DNA of 31,903 bases from a virus (IMGVR_UViG_3300032218_000439:1-31903); one strand, 5' to 3'. Positions 16,100-24,900 are shown, counted from the first letter of the stretch. The notes: generated from the sequence alone by a model not told the origin. Program-made: numbers and translations.

Positions 16100-16921
16100 T
16101 TACTTGTTTCGAGACTGCAATATAGCATCTAATATTGCGTTATCTATTTTATCAGGAACTATGGGTTTAAGCAAGACATATTGGTCACCTACTGATCCAT
16201 TTACTTGAAAACCCTGCCCGGCTACACGAACTTTGGTATTAGGTTGTGTTTTAGGTTTTACCCCCAAATTGAACTTAGTTCCGGATAATGTAGTAAACTC
16301 AATGTCAGTGCCCACAATTAAATCTAGTACCGAAATGTCTACTTCACTATACAAGTCTAAACCTTCTCGTCTAAACTTCTCGTTAGCATGTACTCTAAAT
16401 TCAATTATTAATACTCCGTCGGGTATCAGATTATCATAGCGCATTTGTCCACCGTTATCTATACCTTTAGGTATATCAACTCTGATAGTTTGATTTCCTG
16501 ATTGCGTTCTAAACTGCAATATTTGTTCACCGCCGGTTAATACTTGTTCTAATGTGATCCAAATTGTAGTTTTATAGGTAGGACGTTGTCTTTGATGTCC
16601 GAACATTGATCCAAACATGTCATGTATGTCCATTCCACTTCTTGGATCAAAATTAAAATTGAATCCTCCACCAAAAGGACTACCTGTAGTAAAGTGAAAT
16701 CCACCGGGTGCGCCATGCACTCCACCAAATGGATTTGGATTGTCGTATTGCTGTTTCTTTTCTGAGTCGCTTAGTGTTTCATAAGCAGTTTGAATTTTTT
16801 GAAACATAGCGGTATCACCACCTTTGTCAGGGTGATGTTGATTCGCTAGTTTGCGATATGCTCTTTTGATATCTTCGGGGGTAGCATTTCTGTCTACCCC
16901 TAGGGTTTGATAATGTTCCAT
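16100..16921 (-). CDS. dnaJ: Class B J-domain co-chaperone (DnaJ/CbpA-like)
   Basis: J domain with HPD, G/F-rich linker, C-terminal substrate domain, no zinc finger. Confidence 0.92.
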   Translation of the reverse strand: MEHYQTLGVDRNATPEDIKRAYRKLANQHHPDKGGDTAMFQKIQTAYETLSDSEKKQQYDNPNPFGGVHGAPGGFHFTTGSPFGGGFNFNFDPRSGMDIHDMFGSMFGHQRQRPTYKTTIWITLEQVLTGGEQILQFRTQSGNQTIRVDIPKGIDNGGQMRYDNLIPDGVLIIEFRVHANEKFRREGLDLYSEVDISVLDLIVGTDIEFTTLSGTKFNLGVKPKTQPNTKVRVAGQGFQVNGSVGDQYVLLKPIVPDKIDNAILDAILQSRNK

Positions 16922-16928
16922 AGTATTG

Positions 16929-16958
16929 ATTATAACACAGTTTGTGTGCTAGTGTCAA
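16929..16958 (-). promoter_or_regulatory. Consensus sigma70 promoter for dnaJ-clpA
   Basis: TTGACA-18 nt-TATAAT with TGn extension; ATG follows after 7 nt. An ATAAATA (16959-16965) abuts the -35. Confidence 0.85.
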
Positions 16959-16974
16959 TATTTATTATGAAATA

Positions 16975-17505
16975 TTATACCGGTAAAGTAATTCCTAATG
17001 GTATAAGTTTACTTCTCACTGACTCAGTAGCTAATGCAATTAACCTATATTGACCTGCCCAATATAAATACTTTTCACCACCAAATTTAAAAATAACGTT
17101 TCCGTCACTTTCTAAATTAGTTACAATAGCTTTTCTTTCTGCGGTAATTCCTCCGGGAGCAGAATATATGGGAATAGTTTTACTAATTCCAAAAAGACCA
17201 CCACCAATTTTTTGATAACCTGTGATTTGTGGTACTGAATATTTTGCTTTTAATGAAAGTTGTATAGCGGTCATAGCTGCCACAACGCTGGCAGCATCTC
17301 CTGCAATGATTCTCGGTAATTGTCCAATTTTAGCTAATACACCGGCAATTGCCGCTTTGTCAGTACTTTTAATTGTACCTAGATTAGTTAATCCTGCAAT
17401 GGCTAACCATCTGTTAGCCATTGATTGTAAAGCAATTGCTTGGTTAGTTGATCCAAATATTTCAGCATCTGTTAAATTATATGGGTTGTAGTTAAGTGTT
17501 GACAT
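16975..17505 (-). CDS. Hypothetical protein
   Basis: 176-aa ORF, GGAGG upstream, fills the gap between holin and dnaJ. Confidence 0.7.
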   Translation of the reverse strand: MSTLNYNPYNLTDAEIFGSTNQAIALQSMANRWLAIAGLTNLGTIKSTDKAAIAGVLAKIGQLPRIIAGDAASVVAAMTAIQLSLKAKYSVPQITGYQKIGGGLFGISKTIPIYSAPGGITAERKAIVTNLESDGNVIFKFGGEKYLYWAGQYRLIALATESVRSKLIPLGITLPV

Positions 17506-17506
17506 T

Positions 17507-18118
17507 TTATGAACTTACGCCTCCTAATTTTTCTTTTGTACGACCGTATGCGGCAATACCTAAAACTGCACCCATTGCAATGTGATACAATCCTGCACCT
17601 TGTAACGTTAATGGTTGCCATTGACTTGTGACTTGGCCATGACTCATTGCTTGTAGTACTGACCATAGTACTGGGAATAAAACAAAGTCACAAGTGCATG
17701 TCAACATATAAATCCAACCCATCATAGGGCGCATTTTCTTGTTGATCCAATCTGTTGCATCTTTGTCTAATTTAACTGTTGATTCACCGCCTTCACTCAT
17801 TGCGCCCCCGCCACTTTTTAGTGACTCTGCTTGATTTTGTGTTACGTTTAATGTATTTGTGTTTGTACTTGCCACGTTTGAACTCCCTTGATTAATTGTT
17901 GGTGGTGCCATCACTGATGGACCTTGTGCACCTGGACTTACGTTTCCAAAGCTACCAAATCCATCTGCCGCTGGTGCAGAGGGTGTTGGTGGAAAACCAA
18001 AACTGCTACCTGCCGGAAATGCTGATACTGTTGGGTCAGCTGCCATCATTTCATGATGGTCATCTGTTTTTGCTAATGGCATTGAGCCATCTGCTTTTTT
18101 TGCTAATAATGTTGCCAT
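17507..18118 (-). CDS. Holin-like membrane protein (GTA 3TM holin family-like)
   Basis: C-terminal W..KMRPMMGW...DFVLFP and AVLGIAAYGRTKEK with hydrophobic segments. Confidence 0.7.
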   Translation of the reverse strand: MATLLAKKADGSMPLAKTDDHHEMMAADPTVSAFPAGSSFGFPPTPSAPAADGFGSFGNVSPGAQGPSVMAPPTINQGSSNVASTNTNTLNVTQNQAESLKSGGGAMSEGGESTVKLDKDATDWINKKMRPMMGWIYMLTCTCDFVLFPVLWSVLQAMSHGQVTSQWQPLTLQGAGLYHIAMGAVLGIAAYGRTKEKLGGVSS

Positions 18119-18691
18119 TTATAATCCTGCCTTTGCAATAAAATCTTTTAGTAAACTATCTTTTTCTTTGTAAACATTTGCATTGGCTAATCCTGCAATG
18201 TTTCTCATCTCATTCAAATCACTATCTTCTATATCTTCACTATCTTCTACATCATCTTCGTTTTGTTCACGATACTCCATTGGGATAGTGATGATATGTT
18301 GCTTTAACGTACTCAAGTCTGGTTCATACTCTTCACCGTTAATTTTAACTGTCCAATCTTCTAAAGATAATCCAGTTAACGTTTCTAAATCATCTAATAT
18401 TTCTAATAATCTTTCTGGTGATTTGCTTCTACGATTAGTTTCTACGAATACAACGAAACGATTTGCCATTAACTCGCCTTCACTAACTTCAGCATCATTA
18501 ATGTAATCATATCCTTTAATTAACCAATCACACAAATCTTCACCAATTGCTTTACCTTTAACAATGAATGAGAATGTAATAATTTCGTCATTGTCACCGG
18601 ATCTAGCTTCGTATTCATCTACTGATACAGTCGGGATGATTTGATTTTCAAAATCTAAGTGGTCTAAGCCTTCAACAAGTACTTTTCTCAT
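18119..18691 (-). CDS. Acidic hypothetical late protein, possibly head-associated
   Basis: 190 aa; starts MRKVLVE|G; ends with MRNIAGL and IAKAGL motifs. Confidence 0.7.
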   Translation of the reverse strand: MRKVLVEGLDHLDFENQIIPTVSVDEYEARSGDNDEIITFSFIVKGKAIGEDLCDWLIKGYDYINDAEVSEGELMANRFVVFVETNRRSKSPERLLEILDDLETLTGLSLEDWTVKINGEEYEPDLSTLKQHIITIPMEYREQNEDDVEDSEDIEDSDLNEMRNIAGLANANVYKEKDSLLKDFIAKAGL

Positions 18692-18692
18692 A

Positions 18693-19316
18693 TTACATTC
18701 CTAAGGGTTGACCGCCGGGGGCGGCACCGCCACCTGGAGCTGGGGGAGGTACACCTTGACCGCCCAATGTTTGTTGACTCATATCCCCTTCAGTATCCTG
18801 ACCTTCTTTGTCATAATCTTTTTCGTATGCATCATCCAACTCGTCTAACTCAATGTTCTGACCAGCTAAGTCAATAGTACCTTCACGGATATCATTCATT
18901 AATTGTTTTGGAATCTCAATACGAACTAACCAAACGTCACGTTCAATCATTTTGGGATAATGTGTTCCGGCTTTGTAATCGTCAGGGCTATCAATTTTGA
19001 TAGGTACTTTGATTTTTGTCTTTTTAAAGTGTACAGTGCAACCCAACTTGATAATTCTTTTTCCTGCTCTTGGGTCGGGCATTAGTTTGGCAGGATACAT
19101 AAAAATACATGCCACCGTGTACTTTTTAATCTTTGGTCCATCAACTAATTCACCCAAATCCCAGTTCTGATAGGCGTACATATCGGCTTCATCTAATACT
19201 CGTTCAAAGTCTAATAATGTGGATAGGGAAGCATCGCTGGTAAAAATACCCTTGATACTGTCAATAATACTAGGGTAGTCAATATCTGTGAAAAAATCGG
19301 TTGTTGGTGACTTCAT
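18693..19316 (-). CDS. Hypothetical late protein
   Basis: 207 aa, late promoter 7 nt upstream, G/P-rich tail. Confidence 0.75.
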   Translation of the reverse strand: MKSPTTDFFTDIDYPSIIDSIKGIFTSDASLSTLLDFERVLDEADMYAYQNWDLGELVDGPKIKKYTVACIFMYPAKLMPDPRAGKRIIKLGCTVHFKKTKIKVPIKIDSPDDYKAGTHYPKMIERDVWLVRIEIPKQLMNDIREGTIDLAGQNIELDELDDAYEKDYDKEGQDTEGDMSQQTLGGQGVPPPAPGGGAAPGGQPLGM

Positions 19317-19323
19317 AATAAAG

Positions 19324-19386
19324 TATTTATCATTTAAAATCTTATTATGTTGATTTAAGAAATACCGGGGTTAGCCTAATATTTAT
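19324..19386 (-). promoter_or_regulatory. Two tandem late promoters (GATAAATA cores at 19324-19330 and 19380-19386)
   Basis: Both lie in the divergent intergenic region; a plus-strand TAAATA at 19437-19442 faces phoH. Confidence 0.65.
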
Positions 19387-19487
19387 CATAATATGTGTGA
19401 GAAATACATGACTATTAAACACACTACCAAAAGTCTTAAATAAATGTGAGAGGACAGTAAACTCTCATTTCAATAGGAGAATTTAAC

Positions 19488-20264
19488 TTGAGCAAAAGAA
19501 AAACTGGTGCTCTCCGACAGGAGCAAGAAGCTAGAACGTCATATTCTAAAAAACAAGAAAACACATACTACACACAGGAATCAAAAACAATCAACTTTAA
19601 CTCGTCAAAACCTAAATCAACAAACAAGCATATAGAACTAATACCCAAATCACTCAATCAGGAAAAATACATCTTAGCATTACTAAATCCAGAAACGGAT
19701 ATAGTAGTGGTCAGCGGTCCTGCGGGTACTGGTAAAACTTATCTAGCTATGCAAGCGGCGATTAAGGCTATGAAAGCTGGAGAATGTGAACGGATTATTC
19801 TGACACGTCCTGCAGTGGGTGTAGATGATGAAAAGCATGGGTTTTTACCAGGAGATTTAAACGCTAAAATGGAGCCATGGACTCGTCCGTTGCTTGATGT
19901 ATTGCGTGAATACTACACAGCAAAAGAAATTCAGTACATGTTGGAAGAACAAGTAATTGAAATTGCCCCACTTGCATTTTGTAGAGGTCGCAACTTCAAA
20001 AGAAGTTATGTAGTGTTAGATGAAGCTCAAAATTGTACACCTAGTCAACTCAAAATGATTATGACTAGAATCGGCATTGGCAGTAAGATTGTAGTTACTG
20101 GCGATATTGAACAAGCCGACAGAAAATCAGCCGACAACGGGCTACTAGACCTACAAAATCGTTTGGGGAAGGGGGTGATACCAGGTTTGCAGTTATGCAA
20201 GTTTGAACTGAAAGACGTTCAACGACACCAAATTATTGAACATATTTTGGGTCTATATCAGTAA
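19488..20264 (+). CDS. phoH: PhoH-family ATPase
   Basis: GPAGTGKT, LTRPAV, GFLPGD, RGR, DEAQN, TGD motifs; AGGAG SD before TTG start. Confidence 0.95.
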   Translation: MSKRKTGALRQEQEARTSYSKKQENTYYTQESKTINFNSSKPKSTNKHIELIPKSLNQEKYILALLNPETDIVVVSGPAGTGKTYLAMQAAIKAMKAGECERIILTRPAVGVDDEKHGFLPGDLNAKMEPWTRPLLDVLREYYTAKEIQYMLEEQVIEIAPLAFCRGRNFKRSYVVLDEAQNCTPSQLKMIMTRIGIGSKIVVTGDIEQADRKSADNGLLDLQNRLGKGVIPGLQLCKFELKDVQRHQIIEHILGLYQ

Positions 20265-20553
20265 CCTGGTCATCCGAGTCAGAGGGGGAGAGTACTTCCC
20301 CTCTCCAGCCATTCTCTTCGGACAATCTATCTACAATAGCAGGATATACACCCTTGTAATATGCATACAAATTATCCCAATCAGTATCTACTCGTTGTCC
20401 ATCAATAATGCATTTGTTAACTTTACGTTCCTGAAAGTCCATAATTATATTGACTGTTTGAAGGTCAGAATTTTTGATTTTCTTCCCCAAACCAACCATC
20501 TCATCAATTTTACCGTCAGGTTTCTTTACGTAAGTTACTAAAAGATATCTCAT
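20233..20553 (-). CDS. Hypothetical protein
   Basis: 106 aa, ATGA-coupled to clamp loader; overlaps the phoH 3' end by 32 bp. Confidence 0.7.
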   Translation of the reverse strand: MRYLLVTYVKKPDGKIDEMVGLGKKIKNSDLQTVNIIMDFQERKVNKCIIDGQRVDTDWDNLYAYYKGVYPAIVDRLSEENGWRGEVLSPSDSDDQVTDIDPKYVQ

Positions 20554-21473
20554 GTTGTTAATTCTGCTAATGTTGCTGCCAAACTAATTTCAGGAATGCC
20601 AACCATTGATAGATTGACTAAGCCATTACGAATCACAATGATTGCTTGGTCTTTTTGTTCTGGAGTCTTGCCCCACAAGTCTAAGTTATTATACATCCAA
20701 CGATACGTATCTTCAATACGTGTAGGATACAATGCTAAATGTTGTAACAATTGCTGACGACCTTCAATTACTTTACCACTCTTAAACAAACTAGTGGCTT
20801 CAAGCAATAATTCATCTTCGCTATTACCTATACTTACTGGTGGTAGTAATGTTCCTGTACTGCTGTTAACTTGAACTTGATTTAAGCACTTACGCAAGTC
20901 TGGATATGTGGCACGGACATAACTATCTAGTGTATCCAAATCAAATTGAACGTTTTCAGTAACCAATACGGTTGCCGCCCTTGCAGTAAACTCTGTCATA
21001 TCAGTTTTAGTGATATGGAATTCGTGACAACGACTCTTAAGTGCAGGGATAATCTTGTGCTGATAGTTACAAGTTAGAATATAACGAACTGTACCCGCGT
21101 AAGCTTCCATGTCATTACGCAATGCCGCTTGTGCTGCCGCTGTAAGATAATCTGCCTCATCTAATAGAACGACTTTGAAGTTACCAAAAGGCATTGTTTG
21201 TACAAAGCCATTGATTTTATCACGCATATTGTCAATGCCGTTTTCACGTGACGCATTAATTTCTAACACATCGTATTCTTGCACATCCAATTGATGTATC
21301 AATACTTTTGCAAGTGTTGTCTTTCCTGTACCGGGATCGCCGCTTAACAATAGATGCGGGATAGTACCAGAACTAATCCAACCCTCTACTTGTTGCTTTT
21401 GTCGTGCGTCAACAAAAACATATTCTTCTACTGTTGTAGGGCGATACTTTTCTACCCAAAGATTGTTCTTCAT
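20550..21473 (-). CDS. Sliding clamp loader ATPase subunit (T4 gp44/RFC-small-like)
   Basis: WVEKYRP, GDPGTGKTT, EINAS, LLDEAD, SRC motifs. Confidence 0.92.
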   Translation of the reverse strand: MKNNLWVEKYRPTTVEEYVFVDARQKQQVEGWISSGTIPHLLLSGDPGTGKTTLAKVLIHQLDVQEYDVLEINASRENGIDNMRDKINGFVQTMPFGNFKVVLLDEADYLTAAAQAALRNDMEAYAGTVRYILTCNYQHKIIPALKSRCHEFHITKTDMTEFTARAATVLVTENVQFDLDTLDSYVRATYPDLRKCLNQVQVNSSTGTLLPPVSIGNSEDELLLEATSLFKSGKVIEGRQQLLQHLALYPTRIEDTYRWMYNNLDLWGKTPEQKDQAIIVIRNGLVNLSMVGIPEISLAATLAELTT

Positions 21474-21808
21474 CGTTTCAATGCTTCGTAAGTGATAATG
21501 TGATTAAGTGATTCGCCCAAGTCTTTTTCATGGGGTACGATATGCAATGAGTTTTTCATTCTGTCTGATTTTTCATCATAGTGACGCAATTCAACTACAT
21601 GCCCGCCATTAGCAGGATATAAATTGAAGCAAGTGCCACGACTTTCTAACTCACCAGATGAATCATGTCTTACTGGATTAAGACGAACATTGTTTTGTCT
21701 TTTACTACCAGTAATAGCAAGATTGGGTCCGTCATCATAATCTTTCTCTTGCGGAGTGTTGTTTGCCCAGCGAACCTTCTTTAAAAACCATTTATCAAAC
21801 CATTTCAT
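21470..21808 (-). CDS. Hypothetical protein
   Basis: 112 aa, tightly packed between groES and the clamp loader. Confidence 0.7.
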   Translation of the reverse strand: MKWFDKWFLKKVRWANNTPQEKDYDDGPNLAITGSKRQNNVRLNPVRHDSSGELESRGTCFNLYPANGGHVVELRHYDEKSDRMKNSLHIVPHEKDLGESLNHIITYEALKR

Positions 21809-21809
21809 A

Positions 21810-22172
21810 TTAGTATACCTTATCGCTCATTGTATCATCATTGGGAAGTTCATCACTAACTAATAGGATATCGTTAGGATCAACTTTACGAATTGTTTTC
21901 TTACCTGTTTCATCTTCAATATCAATACCTCTAGTCCATCGTCCATGACTGATTAGTATCCATTCACCCACTTTAACGTCAGTTTGCTCTGGGCCAACAG
22001 CATAGACTTGTGCCCATCGTGGTCTAATACCTGAACTCTTACCATCATCACCTGGAATAATAATTCCACTTGATGTAATACGTGATTCAAAACTCATATC
22101 GGTAACAATGATTGCGTTACCGATAGGTTTTACTGCTTTAACTTGATGTGCTTCAAATGCTAATTTACTCAT
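21810..22172 (-). CDS. groES: Co-chaperonin GroES (Cpn10)
   Basis: VKPIG, TSSGIIIP mobile loop, VYAVGP, VKVGE, DIL; no groEL in the window. Confidence 0.88.
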   Translation of the reverse strand: MSKLAFEAHQVKAVKPIGNAIIVTDMSFESRITSSGIIIPGDDGKSSGIRPRWAQVYAVGPEQTDVKVGEWILISHGRWTRGIDIEDETGKKTIRKVDPNDILLVSDELPNDDTMSDKVY

Positions 22173-22178
22173 GTGTTT

Positions 22179-22207
22179 ATTATATGTGAAAGATTGTATA
22201 TTTTCAA
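22179..22207 (-). promoter_or_regulatory. Sigma70 promoter for groES-clamp loader operon
   Basis: TTGAAA-17 nt-TATAAT; ATG follows after 6 nt. Confidence 0.75.
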
Positions 22208-22626
22208 GGCTTTTGGCTAACTACTTTAACAATGTCATCAACTGAAAAGTCATCAGCTACTTCATCATCATTTAGCAATTCCATTTCTTCTAGCGTAACA
22301 ATATCTACTTCTTCTTCTACTGGTGGCGGAACATACATTGGTTCATCAGGTGTTAGCTCAGATTTTTTAATTTCGGGAAAAGTATCATCTGCTGTTGCTT
22401 GACGTAACTTGTCTGCCATGCCGAGACTGTCAGCTTTGTTGGATACTGTTTTATTGTATACCGAATTAATACGTTGGTTATTATCCAAAATAACCTGATT
22501 TTTTCCATCAATAACATCACCACGTGCATTTACGCCCATGTTACCTGCGGCTCTTACATGCTCAAATCTACCGGCTAGTGCTGCCATATCAATTTCTTTT
22601 CCGATTGCGGATCTCATTCTAGACAT
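22204..22626 (-). CDS. Hypothetical phage protein
   Basis: 140 aa, AAGGAG SD; RSA.GKEIDM...GNM.VNARGD motif, acidic tail. Confidence 0.75.
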   Translation of the reverse strand: MSRMRSAIGKEIDMAALAGRFEHVRAAGNMGVNARGDVIDGKNQVILDNNQRINSVYNKTVSNKADSLGMADKLRQATADDTFPEIKKSELTPDEPMYVPPPVEEEVDIVTLEEMELLNDDEVADDFSVDDIVKVVSQKP

Positions 22627-22637
22627 TTTATTACTCC

Positions 22638-23144
22638 TTATTTTAAAAACTCGTCAATTGACAAGTCATAGTATAAACTATTTATCCTGTGTACACCTAA
22701 TAGAAATAATACAAAACTAGCGATACTACTACCTCGTCCTACTCCCCAAACTACATTATTTGCTCTCATTGTGTCAACCAAATACTTAAGATATCTTAGT
22801 AACGGGAATAATCCACGTTCTTGGAACAATATCAATTCTTGCCCAGCACGTTGTAGTTCAGCGTATCCATTTGTTTGGTCAAGAACAAATCTAGCAATAT
22901 CCATATCAATATATTCTTTTGGCATGAACCATTTGTTTTGATTCTGTGTGTCAAATTCTTTTACAGATAGATTTGGTTTAGTGTATACGGTGAATTGTGG
23001 TTTACTTACAATTTCTAATGATTCATTAAAGATGATAGGTTTATCAACCAAAGCACGTTTAAGTTGTGCTTCTGGATCAGTTAGGTAGATATTACAAATA
23101 TCATCATGTGACAATATCTGTTGACCAAATTCATCTGTATACAT
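22638..23144 (-). CDS. DNA polymerase III alpha subunit fragment (split DnaE-like)
   Basis: C-terminal half matches the DnaE region R...EL......F..Y........G.GRGS..S.V...LG...I.......F; it stops just before the catalytic PDxDxD. Confidence 0.8.
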   Translation of the reverse strand: MYTDEFGQQILSHDDICNIYLTDPEAQLKRALVDKPIIFNESLEIVSKPQFTVYTKPNLSVKEFDTQNQNKWFMPKEYIDMDIARFVLDQTNGYAELQRAGQELILFQERGLFPLLRYLKYLVDTMRANNVVWGVGRGSSIASFVLFLLGVHRINSLYYDLSIDEFLK

Positions 23145-23150
23145 TTTGCT

Positions 23151-23179
23151 ATTGTAACAGATTACAAAACGAATGTCAA
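23151..23179 (-). promoter_or_regulatory. Sigma70 promoter for the DnaE fragment
   Basis: TTGACA-17 nt-TACAAT with TGn extension; ATG follows after 6 nt. Confidence 0.82.
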
Positions 23180-23180
23180 A

Positions 23181-23801
23181 TTATGATTTGTCCGTTTTAT
23201 TGTCAAAGTTAGCAAACATAACTTCGTTAGACGGATCTGTTGTAATATTTAAAGGGCTTTCTTCCCAACCAAGATACAAATCTTCCCAAGTAACATTATT
23301 TTTAATTAATTTTACAATTTTTTTAGATTTGTTTTTCTTGGTTACAGAAGTTGTTCTAATAGTAGAATCATTCCACCACCCAGGCTTATTGAATGGTCCT
23401 AAGTTTTCTTCTATTGAATGTTTACACCATACTCCGTCACTCATGCTGGACGATATAGTAATATCAGTTACAACTAACCTGCCTTCATTGATTGAATTTA
23501 GTTTAGAGATTAACATAATTCCAATAATTTGGTCATATGGTTCTTCGGGTAGTGTGCAAACTTTTAAATCAGCATCCAGATACTTCTGTATTGATTCATC
23601 TTCATCTTCACAAATGAAAATTGAATTTTGCAAACAGTGATTTAAAAAGTATTTGATACGCTCTAATGCAATATTTTGTTCACGTATGATTTCGGATTCA
23701 ACATTAAAGTCTACATCAATCTCATAGTTGTTCAATATAAATTCATTGCTGAAGTATACACCGGTTGTAAATGCAAATGCACTATTAATTCTTGCTGTCA
23801 T
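23181..23801 (-). CDS. Hypothetical protein, possibly degenerate QueD/PTPS-like T-fold
   Basis: 206-aa ORF; fold suggestion from secondary-structure pattern only. Confidence 0.65.
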   Translation of the reverse strand: MTARINSAFAFTTGVYFSNEFILNNYEIDVDFNVESEIIREQNIALERIKYFLNHCLQNSIFICEDEDESIQKYLDADLKVCTLPEEPYDQIIGIMLISKLNSINEGRLVVTDITISSSMSDGVWCKHSIEENLGPFNKPGWWNDSTIRTTSVTKKNKSKKIVKLIKNNVTWEDLYLGWEESPLNITTDPSNEVMFANFDNKTDKS

Positions 23802-24042
23802 TGGATATGTTTATCTGTTGGTCGATGTTTTGTTTTTTATACATCTCATCCATACGTTTCTTTAACTCAATGTTATAGCTGTTGATTACCATTTGAATTT
23901 GGTTAGCCATATGTTGATTATTCATGCGACTTGCAAAGGTCATCTTTTGATACAAACTAGTAATAGCAGTTTGTATTTCTTCCGATGATTTTTTGGATAA
24001 GTCGTTTAAATCTAAGAATGGATGAGTAATATGATTATTCAT
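23785..24042 (-). CDS. Small helical hypothetical protein
   Basis: ATG at 24042 preferred over TTG at 24045; TAAATA (24048-24053) lies 5 nt upstream. Confidence 0.7.
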   Translation of the reverse strand: MNNHITHPFLDLNDLSKKSSEEIQTAITSLYQKMTFASRMNNQHMANQIQMVINSYNIELKKRMDEMYKKQNIDQQINISNDSKN

Positions 24043-24054
24043 CAATATATTTAA

Positions 24055-24867
24055 TTAGATGCTAGTTAGTGATATTTTTTTCCAAATGATAGAGGATCCA
24101 TCATAATTACCTACACAGTAGTACAAATATGTTCCATCACCGCATATAGTACCAGCAGTGTCGCCCACTGCACCAATTCCACCTGGCGTGCGTGTTCCTA
24201 CTTGAAAGGTTTTTTGACCTCTACTAATAGGAGATATTTCTAATGTAGTTCCGCAATTTTCAGTTGATATCATATACTGCAATTTAACTACATCTTTGGG
24301 AACACTTACCGTATTAGTGTAAACTGAACTAGGTGCGGGATTAGCATTACTTGAATAGTTTTCTAAAATTCTAGCACTGAATCCCATACCAGAAACAATA
24401 TTTCCTGTACTATCAATTGTAGTATCTGGAAATTTAATAGTTGCTTGACTGTTTGCAATTGTCAATATCAATTGTACATTACTTTGTGTTCCAGTTGGAG
24501 CCCAACCACCAAAATTAATAGTAGTATTACCTGTAATAGTACCATATTGTACGTCACCTTGACTGACATTTATTAATTTAACATCTGAACCAGAAGTATT
24601 AATATCAGTTCCTATGTTAAACGTACTTGCTCTAAAACTTTTTACCAGTGCATTACTTATTAATGTATTAGCCATATCATTGTTAAGATTGACACCGTTT
24701 AGTGCAGTTTTAACAATAGCTTTATTTTGTAGGTCAGTAATTTCTGTACCTGCAGTGGTTAAGTTATTTTTGATACTACTAAAATTATCTCTAAATCCTC
24801 GGCTGTCATTGTTAATACCGGGTATTGGATAGTTTGCATCAATGTTGTTACTGTTTATTTGGCTCAT
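24055..24867 (-). CDS. Virion structural (tail/baseplate-type) protein
   Basis: N/T/S-rich; N-terminal YPIPG.NNDS.GFRDNF..IK coiled segment; C-terminal GDTAG.I..D..YLYYC...W fibre-tip-like motif; late promoter at 24886-24892. Confidence 0.7.
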   Translation of the reverse strand: MSQINSNNIDANYPIPGINNDSRGFRDNFSSIKNNLTTAGTEITDLQNKAIVKTALNGVNLNNDMANTLISNALVKSFRASTFNIGTDINTSGSDVKLINVSQGDVQYGTITGNTTINFGGWAPTGTQSNVQLILTIANSQATIKFPDTTIDSTGNIVSGMGFSARILENYSSNANPAPSSVYTNTVSVPKDVVKLQYMISTENCGTTLEISPISRGQKTFQVGTRTPGGIGAVGDTAGTICGDGTYLYYCVGNYDGSSIIWKKISLTSI

Positions 24868-24900
24868 AGTGTTATTTCCGTAGTGTATTTATGATTCAAT

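Noticed and set aside
2347-17666. Short alternative-frame minus ORFs at 2347-2529 and 17472-17666
   Set aside because: They are nested in longer supported genes with no independent evidence.
19442-19470. Hairpin TGAGAG...CTCTCA in the phoH leader as ncRNA/riboswitch
   Set aside because: Short stem that does not cover the SD, with no recognisable family; insufficient support.
19317-19487. tRNA or other RNA gene in the largest intergenic gap
   Set aside because: No cloverleaf or T-loop motif; the space is explained by divergent promoters.
22600-22700. Intein, intron or frameshift continuing the DnaE fragment
   Set aside because: There is a clean TAA followed by an AAGGAG SD and an unrelated ORF; no intein or DxD-containing continuation was seen.
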